Source of the DNA: Escherichia coli
GTDB taxonomy: Bacteria > Pseudomonadota > Gammaproteobacteria > Enterobacterales > Enterobacteriaceae
Strand: one strand, 5' to 3'
NCBI RefSeq assembly: GCF_030013595.1
Contig: NZ_CP122768.1
Length of the DNA stretch: 64,000 nt
Shown here: positions 52,730 to 64,000 of the stretch, piece by piece
Layout: each line of letters begins with the position of its first letter
Numbering within the stretch: the stretch's first letter is position 1
The notes under the pieces: model-generated
What the model was told of the DNA's origin: nothing
Databases searched by the model: none
What the model saw: only the letters and a program-made list of their open reading frames with translations
Position numbers and translations under genes: made by a program

Positions 52730-53317
52730 TTAATAGAAAATGCGTACCGCGCAATAGACCAGCAGCAGCGCGAGCACGATATTTAACTGGCGACCATACT
52801 GGCGAAACAATCGCTGAAACAGGTGCCCCGCCAGCGCCCAGCACACATTGCCAAACGTCCCAATCATCGCCAGCAAAACGCTGACGCCAACTACCCAGCT
52901 TAGCGCCTGCGTTTGCGGCAGGACAAACGTCGACAGTGCCGTAACGCCATACAAAATGATTTTGACGTTCACAAACTGCAAAGCAAAGCTGGCCCAAAAG
53001 CTGATTGGTTTTGCCTGAAGTCCGTCTTCCTTTGTTGGACTGGTAGCGATTTTCCATGCCAGCCAGACAATGTATGCCGCTCCTGCCCAGCTCAACAGAT
53101 GCACTGCTGCCGGGTCGATAACAGCCAGTGAAAACGAAATTCCCGCACACAGCAACATGACGATTAAAAATCCCAGACTCATCCCTGCCAGCACGCGGGT
53201 ACTCTGACGAAATCCGTGCGATGTGGCTGAGCTAAGGGCGAGAATATTGTTCGGTCCTGGCGTCATGGCGGTAATCAGGGTGTAAGTCCAAAAAGCACTT
53301 AAAAGGGTCGGTGTCAC
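52730..53317 (-). CDS. eamB: Cysteine/O-acetylserine efflux protein EamB (YfiK, LysE family)
   Basis: 195 aa, 6-TM LysE-type protein matching recalled EamB. Confidence 0.9.
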   Translation of the reverse strand: MTPTLLSAFWTYTLITAMTPGPNNILALSSATSHGFRQSTRVLAGMSLGFLIVMLLCAGISFSLAVIDPAAVHLLSWAGAAYIVWLAWKIATSPTKEDGLQAKPISFWASFALQFVNVKIILYGVTALSTFVLPQTQALSWVVGVSVLLAMIGTFGNVCWALAGHLFQRLFRQYGRQLNIVLALLLVYCAVRIFY

Positions 53318-53419
53318 TTGTTATCTCCTCTGTTTTGGTAGACAGTACCCGACACGTAACATTTAAAAAAATGAATGTTTTTACATTCTAAATTCGATAT
53401 TTTCGATAGGTTTGGGGTT

Positions 53420-54301
53420 ATGGATCTGCGCCGTTTTATTACGCTTAAAACTGTGGTGGAAGAGGGTTCCTTTTTGCGAGCTTCGCAAAAATTGTGCTGC
53501 ACACAATCGACGGTGACTTTTCATATTCAGCAGCTTGAGCAGGAGTTCTCAGTCCAGTTATTTGAGAAAATTGGTCGACGAATGTGCCTTACCCGCGAAG
53601 GAAAAAAGCTGCTGCCGCACATCTATGAACTCACCAGAGTGATGGATACCCTTCGTGAGGCTGCCAAAAAAGAGTCGGATCCGGACGGGGAACTACGCGT
53701 TGTTTCAGGCGAAACGTTGCTTTCTTACCGAATGCCGCAGGTGTTGCAGCGTTTTCGGCAACGCGCACCAAAAGTGCGTTTATCGTTGCAGTCTCTGAAC
53801 TGTTACGTGATCCGTGATGCGCTACTGAATGATGAGGCTGATGTCGGCGTCTTTTACCGCGTAGGGAATGATGATGCTCTGAACCGACGAGAGTTGGGTG
53901 AACAATCACTGGTGCTGGTGGCTTCACCGCAAATTAAAGATGTCGATTTTACTGAGCCGGGAAGACATAACGCCTGTAGTTTTATTATCAATGAACCGCA
54001 ATGTGTCTTCCGCCAGCTATTTGAGAGCACGCTGCGCCAGCGACGGATCACGGTGGAAAACACCATTGAGCTTATAAGTATCGAAAGCATCAAGCGTTGT
54101 GTCGCGGCAAATATCGGGGTCAGTTACCTGCCGCGCTTTACAGTGGCAAATGAACTTGCGAGTGGCGAATTAATCGAATTGCCTTTTGGCGAACAGTCGC
54201 AGACCATTACGGCAATGTGCGCTCACCATGCCGGAAAAGCGGTTAGCCCGGCGATGCACATTTTTATTCAGTGTGTTGAAGAGTGTTTTTTGCCGGGATA
54301 A
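53420..54301 (+). CDS. yfiE: LysR-family transcriptional regulator YfiE
   Basis: 293 aa from MDLRRFITLKTVVEEGSFLRASQKL (LysR HTH); divergent from eamB. Confidence 0.85.
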   Translation: MDLRRFITLKTVVEEGSFLRASQKLCCTQSTVTFHIQQLEQEFSVQLFEKIGRRMCLTREGKKLLPHIYELTRVMDTLREAAKKESDPDGELRVVSGETLLSYRMPQVLQRFRQRAPKVRLSLQSLNCYVIRDALLNDEADVGVFYRVGNDDALNRRELGEQSLVLVASPQIKDVDFTEPGRHNACSFIINEPQCVFRQLFESTLRQRRITVENTIELISIESIKRCVAANIGVSYLPRFTVANELASGELIELPFGEQSQTITAMCAHHAGKAVSPAMHIFIQCVEECFLPG

Positions 54302-54305
54302 AAAT

Positions 54306-54329
54306 AATGCCGGGCTTAAACCCGGCATT
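54306..54329. terminator. Hairpin between convergent yfiE and srmB (AATGCCGGG-loop-CCCGGCATT)
   Basis: 9-bp inverted repeat; T-run present on minus strand side. Confidence 0.5.
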
Positions 54330-54333
54330 GAGA

Positions 54334-55668
54334 TTACTCTTCTGTCGTTTGCGGTGGCACGCCCGTTCCGCTCGGTTTACGGCGCTTACCAATATTTTTG
54401 GTGTCGCGATGGCGTTTTTTCACCCGCGGCTTCTCTTTCTCTTTAGCTTTTTTCTTCTCGGCGCGTTTTGCCAGTACTTTCTTCGATGGCTTGCCGGTCT
54501 GCTTCTCGCTTGGCGCACGCGTTTTCGGGCGTAACTCATCAATTACACGAGCTTTAATTGGCTCTTCAATATAGCGACCAACTTTGCCCAGCAGCAGATG
54601 GTCATGGGCTTCTACCAGCGAAATTGCGGTGCCTTTACGACCGGCGCGCGCGGTACGTCCGATACGGTGCAAATAAGTATCACCACTGCGCGGCATATCG
54701 AAGTTAAAGACGTGGCTGACGTCTGGAATGTCGATACCGCGTGCAGCAACGTCGGTGGCAACCAGTACGTTTACGCGGCCTTCGGTCAAACGCTTGATCG
54801 CTTCGTTACGCTTGCCCTGTACCATCTCACCTTCGAGATAGCAGTTGTTGATGCCCGCTTCGCGCAGCCAGTTTGCCAGCTCATGCACACGCTCACGCTT
54901 ACGCACAAACACAATTGAGCGGGTCGCTTCCGGCTGTTTTAACAGATGCACCAGCAATGCGGTTTTATGTTCCAGGTCATCGGCGCGGTAATACCACTGA
55001 TGAATTTTTTTGCGCTCACGGGTGGACGGATTGGCAGAAACCTCCACCGGATCTTCCAGCAGACGCTCGGCAAAGTCCTGAATCGCATCGCCTTCCAGCG
55101 TTGCCGAAAAGAGCAGGGTCTGTTTACGCCAGCGCGTTTCGCCAGCAATATGTTCGATATCCTGAGCGAAGCCCATATCCAGCATACGGTCTGCTTCGTC
55201 GAGAATCAGCGTTTCAACCGCGCGGCAATCGAAGTTCTCTTCTTTTATGTATTGCAGCAGACGTCCGGTCGTGGCGACCACGATGTCCTGATTTTCGCTG
55301 AACACTTCCGCGTGGTTCATATAGGCTACGCCGCCGGTGATGGTGGCGATATCCAGATGCGTATGTTTCGCCAGTTCGCGGGCATGATCGGCCACCTGCA
55401 TCGCCAGCTCGCGAGTTGGGGTGAGGATCAAAATACGCGGCGGACCGGATTTCTTACGTGGGAAATCGAGCAGGTGCTGCAACGCTGGCAGCAGATACGC
55501 CGCCGTTTTACCGGTGCCTGTCGGCGCAGAACCGAGTACATCACGGCCATCGAGCGCAGGCGGAATGGCGGCAGCCTGAATGGCGGTCGGGCGAGTGAAA
55601 CCTTTATCCTGGAGGGCTTCCAGCAGGCTTTCGTCGAGTTCAAGTTCGGAAAAAGTCGTTACAGTCAT
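54334..55668 (-). CDS. srmB: ATP-dependent RNA helicase SrmB (DEAD-box)
   Basis: 444 aa, motifs [27 protein letters not shown]; lysine-rich C-terminus. Confidence 0.95.
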   Translation of the reverse strand: MTVTTFSELELDESLLEALQDKGFTRPTAIQAAAIPPALDGRDVLGSAPTGTGKTAAYLLPALQHLLDFPRKKSGPPRILILTPTRELAMQVADHARELAKHTHLDIATITGGVAYMNHAEVFSENQDIVVATTGRLLQYIKEENFDCRAVETLILDEADRMLDMGFAQDIEHIAGETRWRKQTLLFSATLEGDAIQDFAERLLEDPVEVSANPSTRERKKIHQWYYRADDLEHKTALLVHLLKQPEATRSIVFVRKRERVHELANWLREAGINNCYLEGEMVQGKRNEAIKRLTEGRVNVLVATDVAARGIDIPDVSHVFNFDMPRSGDTYLHRIGRTARAGRKGTAISLVEAHDHLLLGKVGRYIEEPIKARVIDELRPKTRAPSEKQTGKPSKKVLAKRAEKKKAKEKEKPRVKKRHRDTKNIGKRRKPSGTGVPPQTTEE

Positions 55669-55799
55669 GTTCTACCTCTGTGTGGGGCGCTGATTATAGA
55701 CGTTACGGCTGCAATCTTCATCTGTTTGTATGGATATCGCTTCTCGGGTATTGTTCTCACCCGGTGCTATCGCCGTTTTTCCTGCAAGGTTTTATTTTC

Positions 55800-56537
55800 A
55801 TGTCACAGTCTACATCCGTGCTTCGTCGTAATGGATTTACTTTTAAACAGTTTTTTGTTGCTCACGATCGTTGTGCGATGAAAGTGGGAACGGATGGCAT
55901 TTTGCTGGGCGCATGGGCACCGGTGGCTGGGGTAAAACGTTGCCTTGATATCGGCGCGGGTAGCGGGTTGCTGGCATTAATGCTGGCGCAGCGAACCGAT
56001 GACAGCGTAATGATTGATGCAGTTGAACTGGAAAGTGAAGCTGCCGCGCAGGCGCAGGAAAATATCAACCAGTCCCCGTGGGCAGAGCGGATTAACGTCC
56101 ATACGGCGGATATTCAGCAGTGGATCACACAGCAGACAGTACGCTTCGATTTAATCATCAGTAACCCACCTTACTATCAGCAGGGAGTAGAGTGCTCGAC
56201 ACCTCAACGGGAACAGGCTCGCTATACCACTACGCTTGATCACCCATCGTTGCTGACCTGTGCGGCGGAGTGCATTACCGAAGAGGGATTTTTCTGCGTG
56301 GTGCTGCCAGAGCAGATTGGTAATGGTTTTACTGAACTGGCATTAAGTATGGGCTGGCATTTACGTTTGCGGACGGATGTGGCGGAAAACGAAGCGCGAC
56401 TGCCGCATCGGGTGCTGCTGGCATTCTCCCCGCAGGCGGGAGAATGCTTTAGCGATCGCTTAGTCATTCGTGGGCCAGACCAGAACTATTCCGAAGCGTA
56501 TACGGCGCTGACCCAGGCTTTTTATCTGTTTATGTAA
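55800..56537 (+). CDS. yfiC: tRNA1(Val) (adenine37-N6)-methyltransferase YfiC (TrmN6)
   Basis: 245 aa from [19 protein letters not shown]; NPPY motif (IISNPPYY); 3' end overlaps nadB 3' end by 16 nt. Confidence 0.85.
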   Translation: MSQSTSVLRRNGFTFKQFFVAHDRCAMKVGTDGILLGAWAPVAGVKRCLDIGAGSGLLALMLAQRTDDSVMIDAVELESEAAAQAQENINQSPWAERINVHTADIQQWITQQTVRFDLIISNPPYYQQGVECSTPQREQARYTTTLDHPSLLTCAAECITEEGFFCVVLPEQIGNGFTELALSMGWHLRLRTDVAENEARLPHRVLLAFSPQAGECFSDRLVIRGPDQNYSEAYTALTQAFYLFM

Positions 56538-58144
56538 TGATTGCCGGGGGAAAGGATCGATGGACCGGAATGCGTGAGCAGTTCCGGATAATCCAGCGTG
56601 AAATGCAACCCCCGACTCTCCTTGCGCATCATCGCACAGCAAACAATCAACTCGGCAACCTGTACCAGATTACGCAGCTCCAGCAAATTATTTGAGACGC
56701 GGAAATGGGCGTAATATTCGTCTATTTCTTGTTGGAGCATGGTTATCCGCCGCAGGGCGCGTTCCAGGCGCTTCGTTGTGCGCACAATGCCAACGTAATC
56801 CCACATAAACAGACGTAGCTCGTGCCAGTTATGTTGAATCACCACCCGTTCGTCAGGGTTCTCAACGCGGCTTTCATCCCACGGCGGTAACGTACTGACG
56901 CCGTGGGCATAAGGCATACATCTGGTGATATCTTCTGCCGCCGACCAGCCATAGACCAGACACTCCAGCAAGGAGTTAGAGGCCATGCGGTTAGCGCCGT
57001 GTAAGCCGGTATAACTCACTTCGCCAATGGCATACAAACCCTCGACGTCCGTACGCCCATGATCATCAACCATTACACCACCGCAGGTATAGTGTGCAGC
57101 AGGCACAATCGGTACCGGTTCTTGTGTGAGATCAATCCCCAGCCCGAGCAACTTTTCATAGATCATCGGGAAATGCTGGCGAATAAAATCGGCAGGCTTA
57201 TGGCTGATGTCGAGATACATACAATCCGCACCGAGGCGTTTCATTTCATGATCAATAGCGCGGGCGACAATATCGCGCGGGGCCAGTTCGCCGCGCTCAT
57301 CGAAATCGGGCATAAAACGCGTGCCATCCGGGCGCTTGAGATAAGCGCCTTCGCCGCGCAGTGCTTCTGTTAACAGGAAATTGCGTGCCTGTGGGTGATA
57401 CAGTGCGGTAGGGTGGAACTGATTAAATTCGAGATTGGCAACCCGGCAGCCTGCGCGCCACGCCATAGCAATGCCATCGCCAGAAGAAATATCTGGATTG
57501 GTGGTGTACTGATAAACCTTCGACGCACCGCCGGTTGCCAGTACCACTGCTTTTGCGTGGCAGGTTTCCACCGTTTCTTTATTTCGGTTCCATACCCACG
57601 CGCCAACAACCCGTCGCGTGCCCGGCAGGCCAATTTTGTCAGAGACAATCAGATCAACCGCGTTGCTGCGCTCCAGCACACGAATATTCGGATGGTTCTG
57701 CGCCTTGCTCACCAGCGTGGATTGTACTTCTCTACCGGTGGCGTCGGCGGCATGAAGAATACGACGGTGACTATGTCCACCTTCACGGGTCAGATGGTAG
57801 CTTTCTTCGCCATTCGGTTGAACGTGGGTATCAAACAAAACCCCCTGGTCAATTAACCATTGCACACAGGAACGAGCATTGCTGGCGACAAATTCAACTG
57901 CATGGCGATCGCAAATACCAGCCCCGGCAATCAATGTGTCTTCCACATGCGAGTCAATGCTGTCAGTTTCATCAAACACGGCGGCAATACCGCCCTGGGC
58001 ATAAAATGTTGAACCTTCCGTTACCGGGCCTTTACTTAGAACGATGACCTGATGCTGATCAGCCAGGCGCAGCGCCAGTGAAAGTCCGGCTGCGCCGCTA
58101 CCGATAATCAACACGTCACATGAATGATCAGGGAGAGTATTCAT
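56522..58144 (-). CDS. nadB: L-aspartate oxidase NadB
   Basis: 540 aa, FAD-binding GSGAAGLS motif, matches recalled NadB. Confidence 0.95.
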   Translation of the reverse strand: MNTLPDHSCDVLIIGSGAAGLSLALRLADQHQVIVLSKGPVTEGSTFYAQGGIAAVFDETDSIDSHVEDTLIAGAGICDRHAVEFVASNARSCVQWLIDQGVLFDTHVQPNGEESYHLTREGGHSHRRILHAADATGREVQSTLVSKAQNHPNIRVLERSNAVDLIVSDKIGLPGTRRVVGAWVWNRNKETVETCHAKAVVLATGGASKVYQYTTNPDISSGDGIAMAWRAGCRVANLEFNQFHPTALYHPQARNFLLTEALRGEGAYLKRPDGTRFMPDFDERGELAPRDIVARAIDHEMKRLGADCMYLDISHKPADFIRQHFPMIYEKLLGLGIDLTQEPVPIVPAAHYTCGGVMVDDHGRTDVEGLYAIGEVSYTGLHGANRMASNSLLECLVYGWSAAEDITRCMPYAHGVSTLPPWDESRVENPDERVVIQHNWHELRLFMWDYVGIVRTTKRLERALRRITMLQQEIDEYYAHFRVSNNLLELRNLVQVAELIVCCAMMRKESRGLHFTLDYPELLTHSGPSILSPGNHYINR

Positions 58145-58399
58145 TTTCTTTGTTTAATTTACTAAACACGGTTTGGTCAGCATAGCATCATGTTGTGCGA
58201 TTAAACACCTGCTATTTTAATATTTGTTACAGTGGCTAAACACGCTGACGCAGGGCGGCGAGAAAAAGAGAAGTTACTGGCTGGTGGAGGATTAGGTGGT
58301 GAAATAAAAAGGCCGTTGGGTTACTCTTCAGGCAGTTAAATGGGCATTTCTACACAGATAATGCGATGTTCAGATTCTGTAGACTTATAATGATAGATA

Positions 58400-58555
58400 A
58401 TGATCCGTCTACAGCATGACAAACAAAAACAGATGCGTTACGGAACTTTACAAAAACGAGACACTCTAACCCTTTGCTTGCTCAAATTGCAGCTAATGGA
58501 GTGGCGTTTCGATAGCGCGTGGAAATTTGGTTTGGGGAGACTTTACCTCGGATGA
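58400..58555 (+). CDS. rseD: Small leader ORF upstream of rpoE (51 codons, MIRLQHDKQKQMRYGTLQKRDTLTLCLLKLQLMEWRFDSAWKFGLGRLYLG), stop overlapping rpoE start as ATGA; consistent with rseD
   Basis: Translated by hand in the +1 frame relative to rpoE; ATG at 58400, TGA at 58553-58555; too short for the supplied ORF track. Confidence 0.5.
   Translation: MIRLQHDKQKQMRYGTLQKRDTLTLCLLKLQLMEWRFDSAWKFGLGRLYLG
58442..58469 (+). promoter_or_regulatory. SigmaE-dependent rpoE promoter (-35 GGAACTT, 16 bp, -10 TCTAA)
   Basis: Match to sigmaE consensus; corresponds to the autoregulated rpoE promoter. Confidence 0.6.
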
Positions 58556-59127
58556 GCGAGCAGTTAACGGACCAGGTCCTGGTTGAACGGGTCCAGAAGG
58601 GAGATCAGAAAGCCTTTAACTTACTGGTAGTGCGCTATCAGCATAAAGTGGCGAGTCTGGTTTCCCGCTATGTGCCGTCGGGTGATGTTCCCGATGTGGT
58701 ACAAGAAGCTTTTATTAAAGCCTATCGTGCGCTGGATTCGTTCCGGGGAGATAGCGCTTTTTATACATGGCTGTATCGGATTGCTGTAAATACAGCGAAA
58801 AATTACCTGGTTGCTCAGGGGCGTCGTCCACCTTCCAGTGATGTGGATGCCATTGAAGCTGAAAACTTCGAAAGTGGCGGCGCGTTGAAAGAAATTTCGA
58901 ACCCTGAGAACTTAATGTTGTCAGAAGAACTGAGACAGATAGTTTTCCGAACTATTGAGTCCCTCCCGGAAGATTTACGCATGGCAATAACCTTGCGGGA
59001 GCTGGATGGCCTGAGCTATGAAGAGATAGCCGCTATCATGGATTGTCCGGTAGGTACGGTGCGTTCACGTATCTTCCGAGCGAGGGAAGCTATTGATAAC
59101 AAAGTTCAACCGCTTATCAGGCGTTGA
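58552..59127 (+). CDS. rpoE: RNA polymerase sigma factor RpoE (sigma-24, ECF)
   Basis: 191 aa from MSEQLTDQVLVERVQKGDQKAFNLLVVRYQHKVASLV; ORF-track start 58519 is an in-frame extension. Confidence 0.95.
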   Translation: MSEQLTDQVLVERVQKGDQKAFNLLVVRYQHKVASLVSRYVPSGDVPDVVQEAFIKAYRALDSFRGDSAFYTWLYRIAVNTAKNYLVAQGRRPPSSDVDAIEAENFESGGALKEISNPENLMLSEELRQIVFRTIESLPEDLRMAITLRELDGLSYEEIAAIMDCPVGTVRSRIFRAREAIDNKVQPLIRR

Positions 59128-59159
59128 CGATAGCGGGATACTGGATAAGGGTATTAGGC

Positions 59160-59810
59160 ATGCAGAAAGAACAACTTTCCGCTTTAATGGATGGCGAAAC
59201 GCTGGATAGTGAGCTGCTTAACGAACTGGCTCATAACCCAGAAATGCAGAAAACCTGGGAAAGCTATCACTTAATCCGTGACTCAATGCGGGGTGATACT
59301 CCCGAGGTGCTCCATTTCGATATCTCTTCACGCGTGATGGCCGCCATTGAAGAAGAGCCAGTACGTCAACCGGCGACATTGATCCCGGAAGCCCAGCCTG
59401 CGCCGCATCAATGGCAGAAAATGCCATTCTGGCAGAAAGTACGTCCGTGGGCGGCACAGCTTACCCAAATGGGCGTAGCCGCATGCGTATCGCTTGCAGT
59501 TATCGTTGGCGTCCAGCACTATAATGGACAATCTGAAACGTCCCAGCAGCCCGAAACGCCGGTATTTAATACACTGCCGATGATGGGTAAAGCCAGCCCG
59601 GTAAGCCTGGGAGTACCTTCTGAAGCGACCGCAAACAATGGTCAACAGCAGCAGGTACAGGAGCAGCGTCGTCGCATTAATGCAATGTTGCAGGATTACG
59701 AACTGCAACGCCGACTCCACTCTGAACAGCTTCAGTTTGAGCAGGCGCAAACCCAGCAAGCCGCTGTACAGGTGCCAGGAATTCAAACTTTAGGAACGCA
59801 ATCGCAGTAA
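59160..59810 (+). CDS. rseA: Anti-sigma-E factor RseA
   Basis: 216 aa from MQKEQLSALMDGETLDSELLNELAHNPEMQKTW. Confidence 0.9.
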   Translation: MQKEQLSALMDGETLDSELLNELAHNPEMQKTWESYHLIRDSMRGDTPEVLHFDISSRVMAAIEEEPVRQPATLIPEAQPAPHQWQKMPFWQKVRPWAAQLTQMGVAACVSLAVIVGVQHYNGQSETSQQPETPVFNTLPMMGKASPVSLGVPSEATANNGQQQQVQEQRRRINAMLQDYELQRRLHSEQLQFEQAQTQQAAVQVPGIQTLGTQSQ

Positions 59811-60766
59811 TGAAGCAACTTTGGTTTGCCATGTCATTAGTGACAGGTAGCCTGTTATTCTCTGCTAACGCCTCGGCCACTCCCGCGTCCGGGGCGTTAT
59901 TACAGCAGATGAACCTGGCCAGTCAGTCACTGAATTACGAGCTGTCATTCATCAGCATCAATAAACAGGGTGTTGAGTCTCTGCGTTATCGACATGCACG
60001 CCTCGATAACCGTCCTCTTGCACAATTGTTGCAAATGGATGGCCCGCGCCGGGAAGTGGTACAGCGCGGCAATGAAATCAGCTATTTTGAACCGGGACTT
60101 GAACCGTTCACGCTTAATGGCGATTACATTGTTGATTCTCTGCCATCGCTCATCTATACCGATTTCAAACGCCTTTCTCCTTACTACGACTTTATCTCCG
60201 TCGGGCGGACGCGTATTGCTGATCGTCTTTGCGAAGTTATTCGCGTGGTTGCCCGAGATGGTACACGCTACAGCTACATCGTGTGGATGGACACCGAATC
60301 GAAATTACCGATGAGGGTTGATCTCCTTGATCGCGATGGTGAAACGCTGGAACAATTTCGCGTGATTGCTTTTAATGTCAATCAGGAAATCAGCAGCAGT
60401 ATGCAGACGCTGGCGAAGGCAAATTTGCCGCCGTTGCTTTCTGTTCCTGTAGGTGAAAAAGCTAAATTCAGCTGGACGCCAACCTGGTTGCCACAGGGTT
60501 TTAGCGAAGTTTCCAGTAGTCGACGTCCGCTACCGACGATGGACAACATGCCTATCGAATCACGTCTCTATTCCGACGGATTATTCAGCTTCTCGGTAAA
60601 CGTTAACCGCGCTACGCCATCGAGCACCGATCAGATGTTGCGCACCGGGCGCAGAACCGTCAGTACAAGCGTACGTGATAACGCCGAAATCACCATTGTC
60701 GGTGAACTGCCGCCGCAAACGGCGAAACGCATTGCCGAGAATATTAAGTTCGGGGCAGCGCAATGA
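59810..60766 (+). CDS. rseB: Sigma-E regulatory protein RseB
   Basis: 318 aa with signal peptide, start overlaps rseA stop. Confidence 0.95.
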   Translation: MKQLWFAMSLVTGSLLFSANASATPASGALLQQMNLASQSLNYELSFISINKQGVESLRYRHARLDNRPLAQLLQMDGPRREVVQRGNEISYFEPGLEPFTLNGDYIVDSLPSLIYTDFKRLSPYYDFISVGRTRIADRLCEVIRVVARDGTRYSYIVWMDTESKLPMRVDLLDRDGETLEQFRVIAFNVNQEISSSMQTLAKANLPPLLSVPVGEKAKFSWTPTWLPQGFSEVSSSRRPLPTMDNMPIESRLYSDGLFSFSVNVNRATPSSTDQMLRTGRRTVSTSVRDNAEITIVGELPPQTAKRIAENIKFGAAQ

Positions 60767-61242
60767 TCAAAGAGTGGGCTACCGTCGTCTCCTGGGAAAA
60801 CGGGCAGGCGCTGGTCAGTTGTGATGTTAAAGCCTCATGCAGCAGCTGCGCTTCACGTGCCGGTTGCGGTAGCCGCGTGTTGAATAAACTTGGCCCGCAA
60901 ACCACGCATACTATTGTCGTACCCTGTGATGAGCCGTTAGTGCCGGGGCAAAAAGTAGAATTAGGAATCGCCGAAGGCAGCCTGCTTAGCTCCGCATTAC
61001 TGGTTTATATGTCGCCGTTGATGGGACTATTCCTCATCGCTTCACTATTTCAGCTACTCTTTGCTTCAGATATTGCAGCATTATGCGGTGCGATTCTCGG
61101 TGGCGTTGGTGGATTCCTGATTGCACGTGGCTGCTCTCGAAAGTTTGCTGCCCGGTCTGAATGGCAACCGATCATCTTAAGCGTGGCATTGCCGCCTGGC
61201 CTTGTGCGATTTGAAACATCTTCGGAAGACGCGAGCCAGTGA
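60763..61242 (+). CDS. rseC: Sigma-E regulatory protein RseC
   Basis: 159 aa, Cys-rich N-terminus and two TM segments; overlaps rseB stop. Confidence 0.95.
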   Translation: MIKEWATVVSWENGQALVSCDVKASCSSCASRAGCGSRVLNKLGPQTTHTIVVPCDEPLVPGQKVELGIAEGSLLSSALLVYMSPLMGLFLIASLFQLLFASDIAALCGAILGGVGGFLIARGCSRKFAARSEWQPIILSVALPPGLVRFETSSEDASQ

Positions 61243-61439
61243 TTTCACTGGCTTTGTTGCATTTTGCATAACAAATGCGAGGACGTTTCCAGATACCACA
61301 ATCCATACGGTATGAACATTTCCTCGCCTCAATGTTGTAGTGTAGAATGCGGCGTTTCTATTAATACAGACGTTAAGCTCAGAACAGCGACTTCTAAAAG
61401 CCTGGTTAACCGGGCATTAAGGCACAATAATCATACTTT

Positions 61440-63239
<1,800 letters not shown>

Positions 63240-63254
63240 CCCTTAGGAGTTGGC

Positions 63255-64000
63255 ATGGCGAATATGTTTGCCCTGATTCTGGTGATTGCCACACTAGTGA
63301 CGGGCATTTTATGGTGCGTGGATAAATTCTTTTTCGCACCTAAACGGCGGGAACGTCAGGCAGCGGCGCAGGCGGCTGCCGGTGACTCACTGGATAAAGC
63401 AACGCTGAAGAAAGTTGCGCCGAAGCCTGGCTGGCTGGAAACCGGTGCTTCTGTTTTTCCGGTGCTGGCTATCGTATTGATTGTGCGTTCGTTTATTTAT
63501 GAACCGTTCCAGATCCCGTCAGGTTCGATGATGCCGACTCTGTTAATCGGTGATTTTATTCTGGTAGAGAAGTTTGCTTATGGCATTAAAGATCCTATCT
63601 ACCAGAAAACGCTGATCGAAACCGGTCATCCGAAACGCGGCGATATCGTGGTCTTTAAATATCCGGAAGATCCAAAGCTTGATTACATCAAGCGCGCGGT
63701 GGGTTTACCGGGCGATAAAGTCACTTATGATCCGGTCTCAAAAGAGCTGACGATTCAACCGGGATGCAGTTCCGGCCAGGCGTGTGAAAACGCGCTGCCG
63801 GTCACCTACTCCAACGTGGAACCGAGCGATTTCGTTCAGACCTTCTCACGCCGTAATGGTGGGGAAGCGACCAGCGGATTCTTTGAAGTGCCGAAAAACG
63901 AAACCAAAGAAAATGGAATTCGTCTTTCCGAGCGTAAAGAGACACTGGGTGATGTGACGCACCGCATTCTGACAGTGCCGATTGCGCAGGACCAGGTGGG
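63255..64000 (+). CDS. lepB: Signal peptidase I (LepB), 5' portion; continues beyond window end
   Basis: MANMFALILVIATLVTGILWCVDKFFFAPKRRE...SGSMMPTLLIGDFILVEKFAYGIKDPIYQ (catalytic Ser region); no stop before position 64000. Confidence 0.9.
   Translation, partial: MANMFALILVIATLVTGILWCVDKFFFAPKRRERQAAAQAAAGDSLDKATLKKVAPKPGWLETGASVFPVLAIVLIVRSFIYEPFQIPSGSMMPTLLIGDFILVEKFAYGIKDPIYQKTLIETGHPKRGDIVVFKYPEDPKLDYIKRAVGLPGDKVTYDPVSKELTIQPGCSSGQACENALPVTYSNVEPSDFVQTFSRRNGGEATSGFFEVPKNETKENGIRLSERKETLGDVTHRILTVPIAQDQV

Noticed and set aside
54946-55881. 311-aa plus-strand ORF overlapping srmB and the yfiC promoter region
   Set aside because: Antisense to srmB (DEAD-box helicase with all motifs intact); its 3' end runs into yfiC in a different frame; likely spurious
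57395-58047. Plus-strand ORFs of 153 and 170 aa inside nadB
   Set aside because: Antisense to nadB; no motifs

Overview
This window is an Escherichia coli-type chromosomal segment matching the K-12 ssrA to lepB neighbourhood, shown here in inverted orientation. I found no CRISPR array and no gene cluster that looks like an uncharacterised defence or biosynthetic system; the accessory content is one prophage tail module and one IS4 copy. Positions 1 to about 11.4 kb are the tail arm of a lambda-like prophage (H C-terminus, M, L, K, I, J, lom, stf, tfa) that ends about 520 bp from the 3' end of tmRNA (ssrA). The remaining ~52 kb is conserved core genome: smpB, ratA-ratB, bamE, recN, nadK, grpE, yfjD, ypjD, ffh, rpsP-rimM-trmD-rplS, yfiB-yfiN-yfiR, yfiL, aroF-tyrA, pheL-pheA, raiA, bamD, rluD, yfiH, clpB, a complete rRNA operon (16S, tRNA-Glu, 23S, 5S; rrnG-like by context), kgtP, yfiM, pssA, yfiQ, yfiP, trxC, yfiF, ung, grcA, eamB, yfiE, srmB, yfiC, nadB, rseD-rpoE-rseABC, lepA and the 5' part of lepB. 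The most interesting points are the IS4 insertion, which sits inside the bamD terminator hairpin upstream of raiA, the prophage-ssrA junction, and the tail J and Stf proteins, which look mosaic relative to lambda. All calls come from reading the translated ORFs and RNA sequences against remembered E. coli and lambda sequences; no database search or computation was run, and ORF-track starts were adjusted where the known protein begins at an internal start codon.
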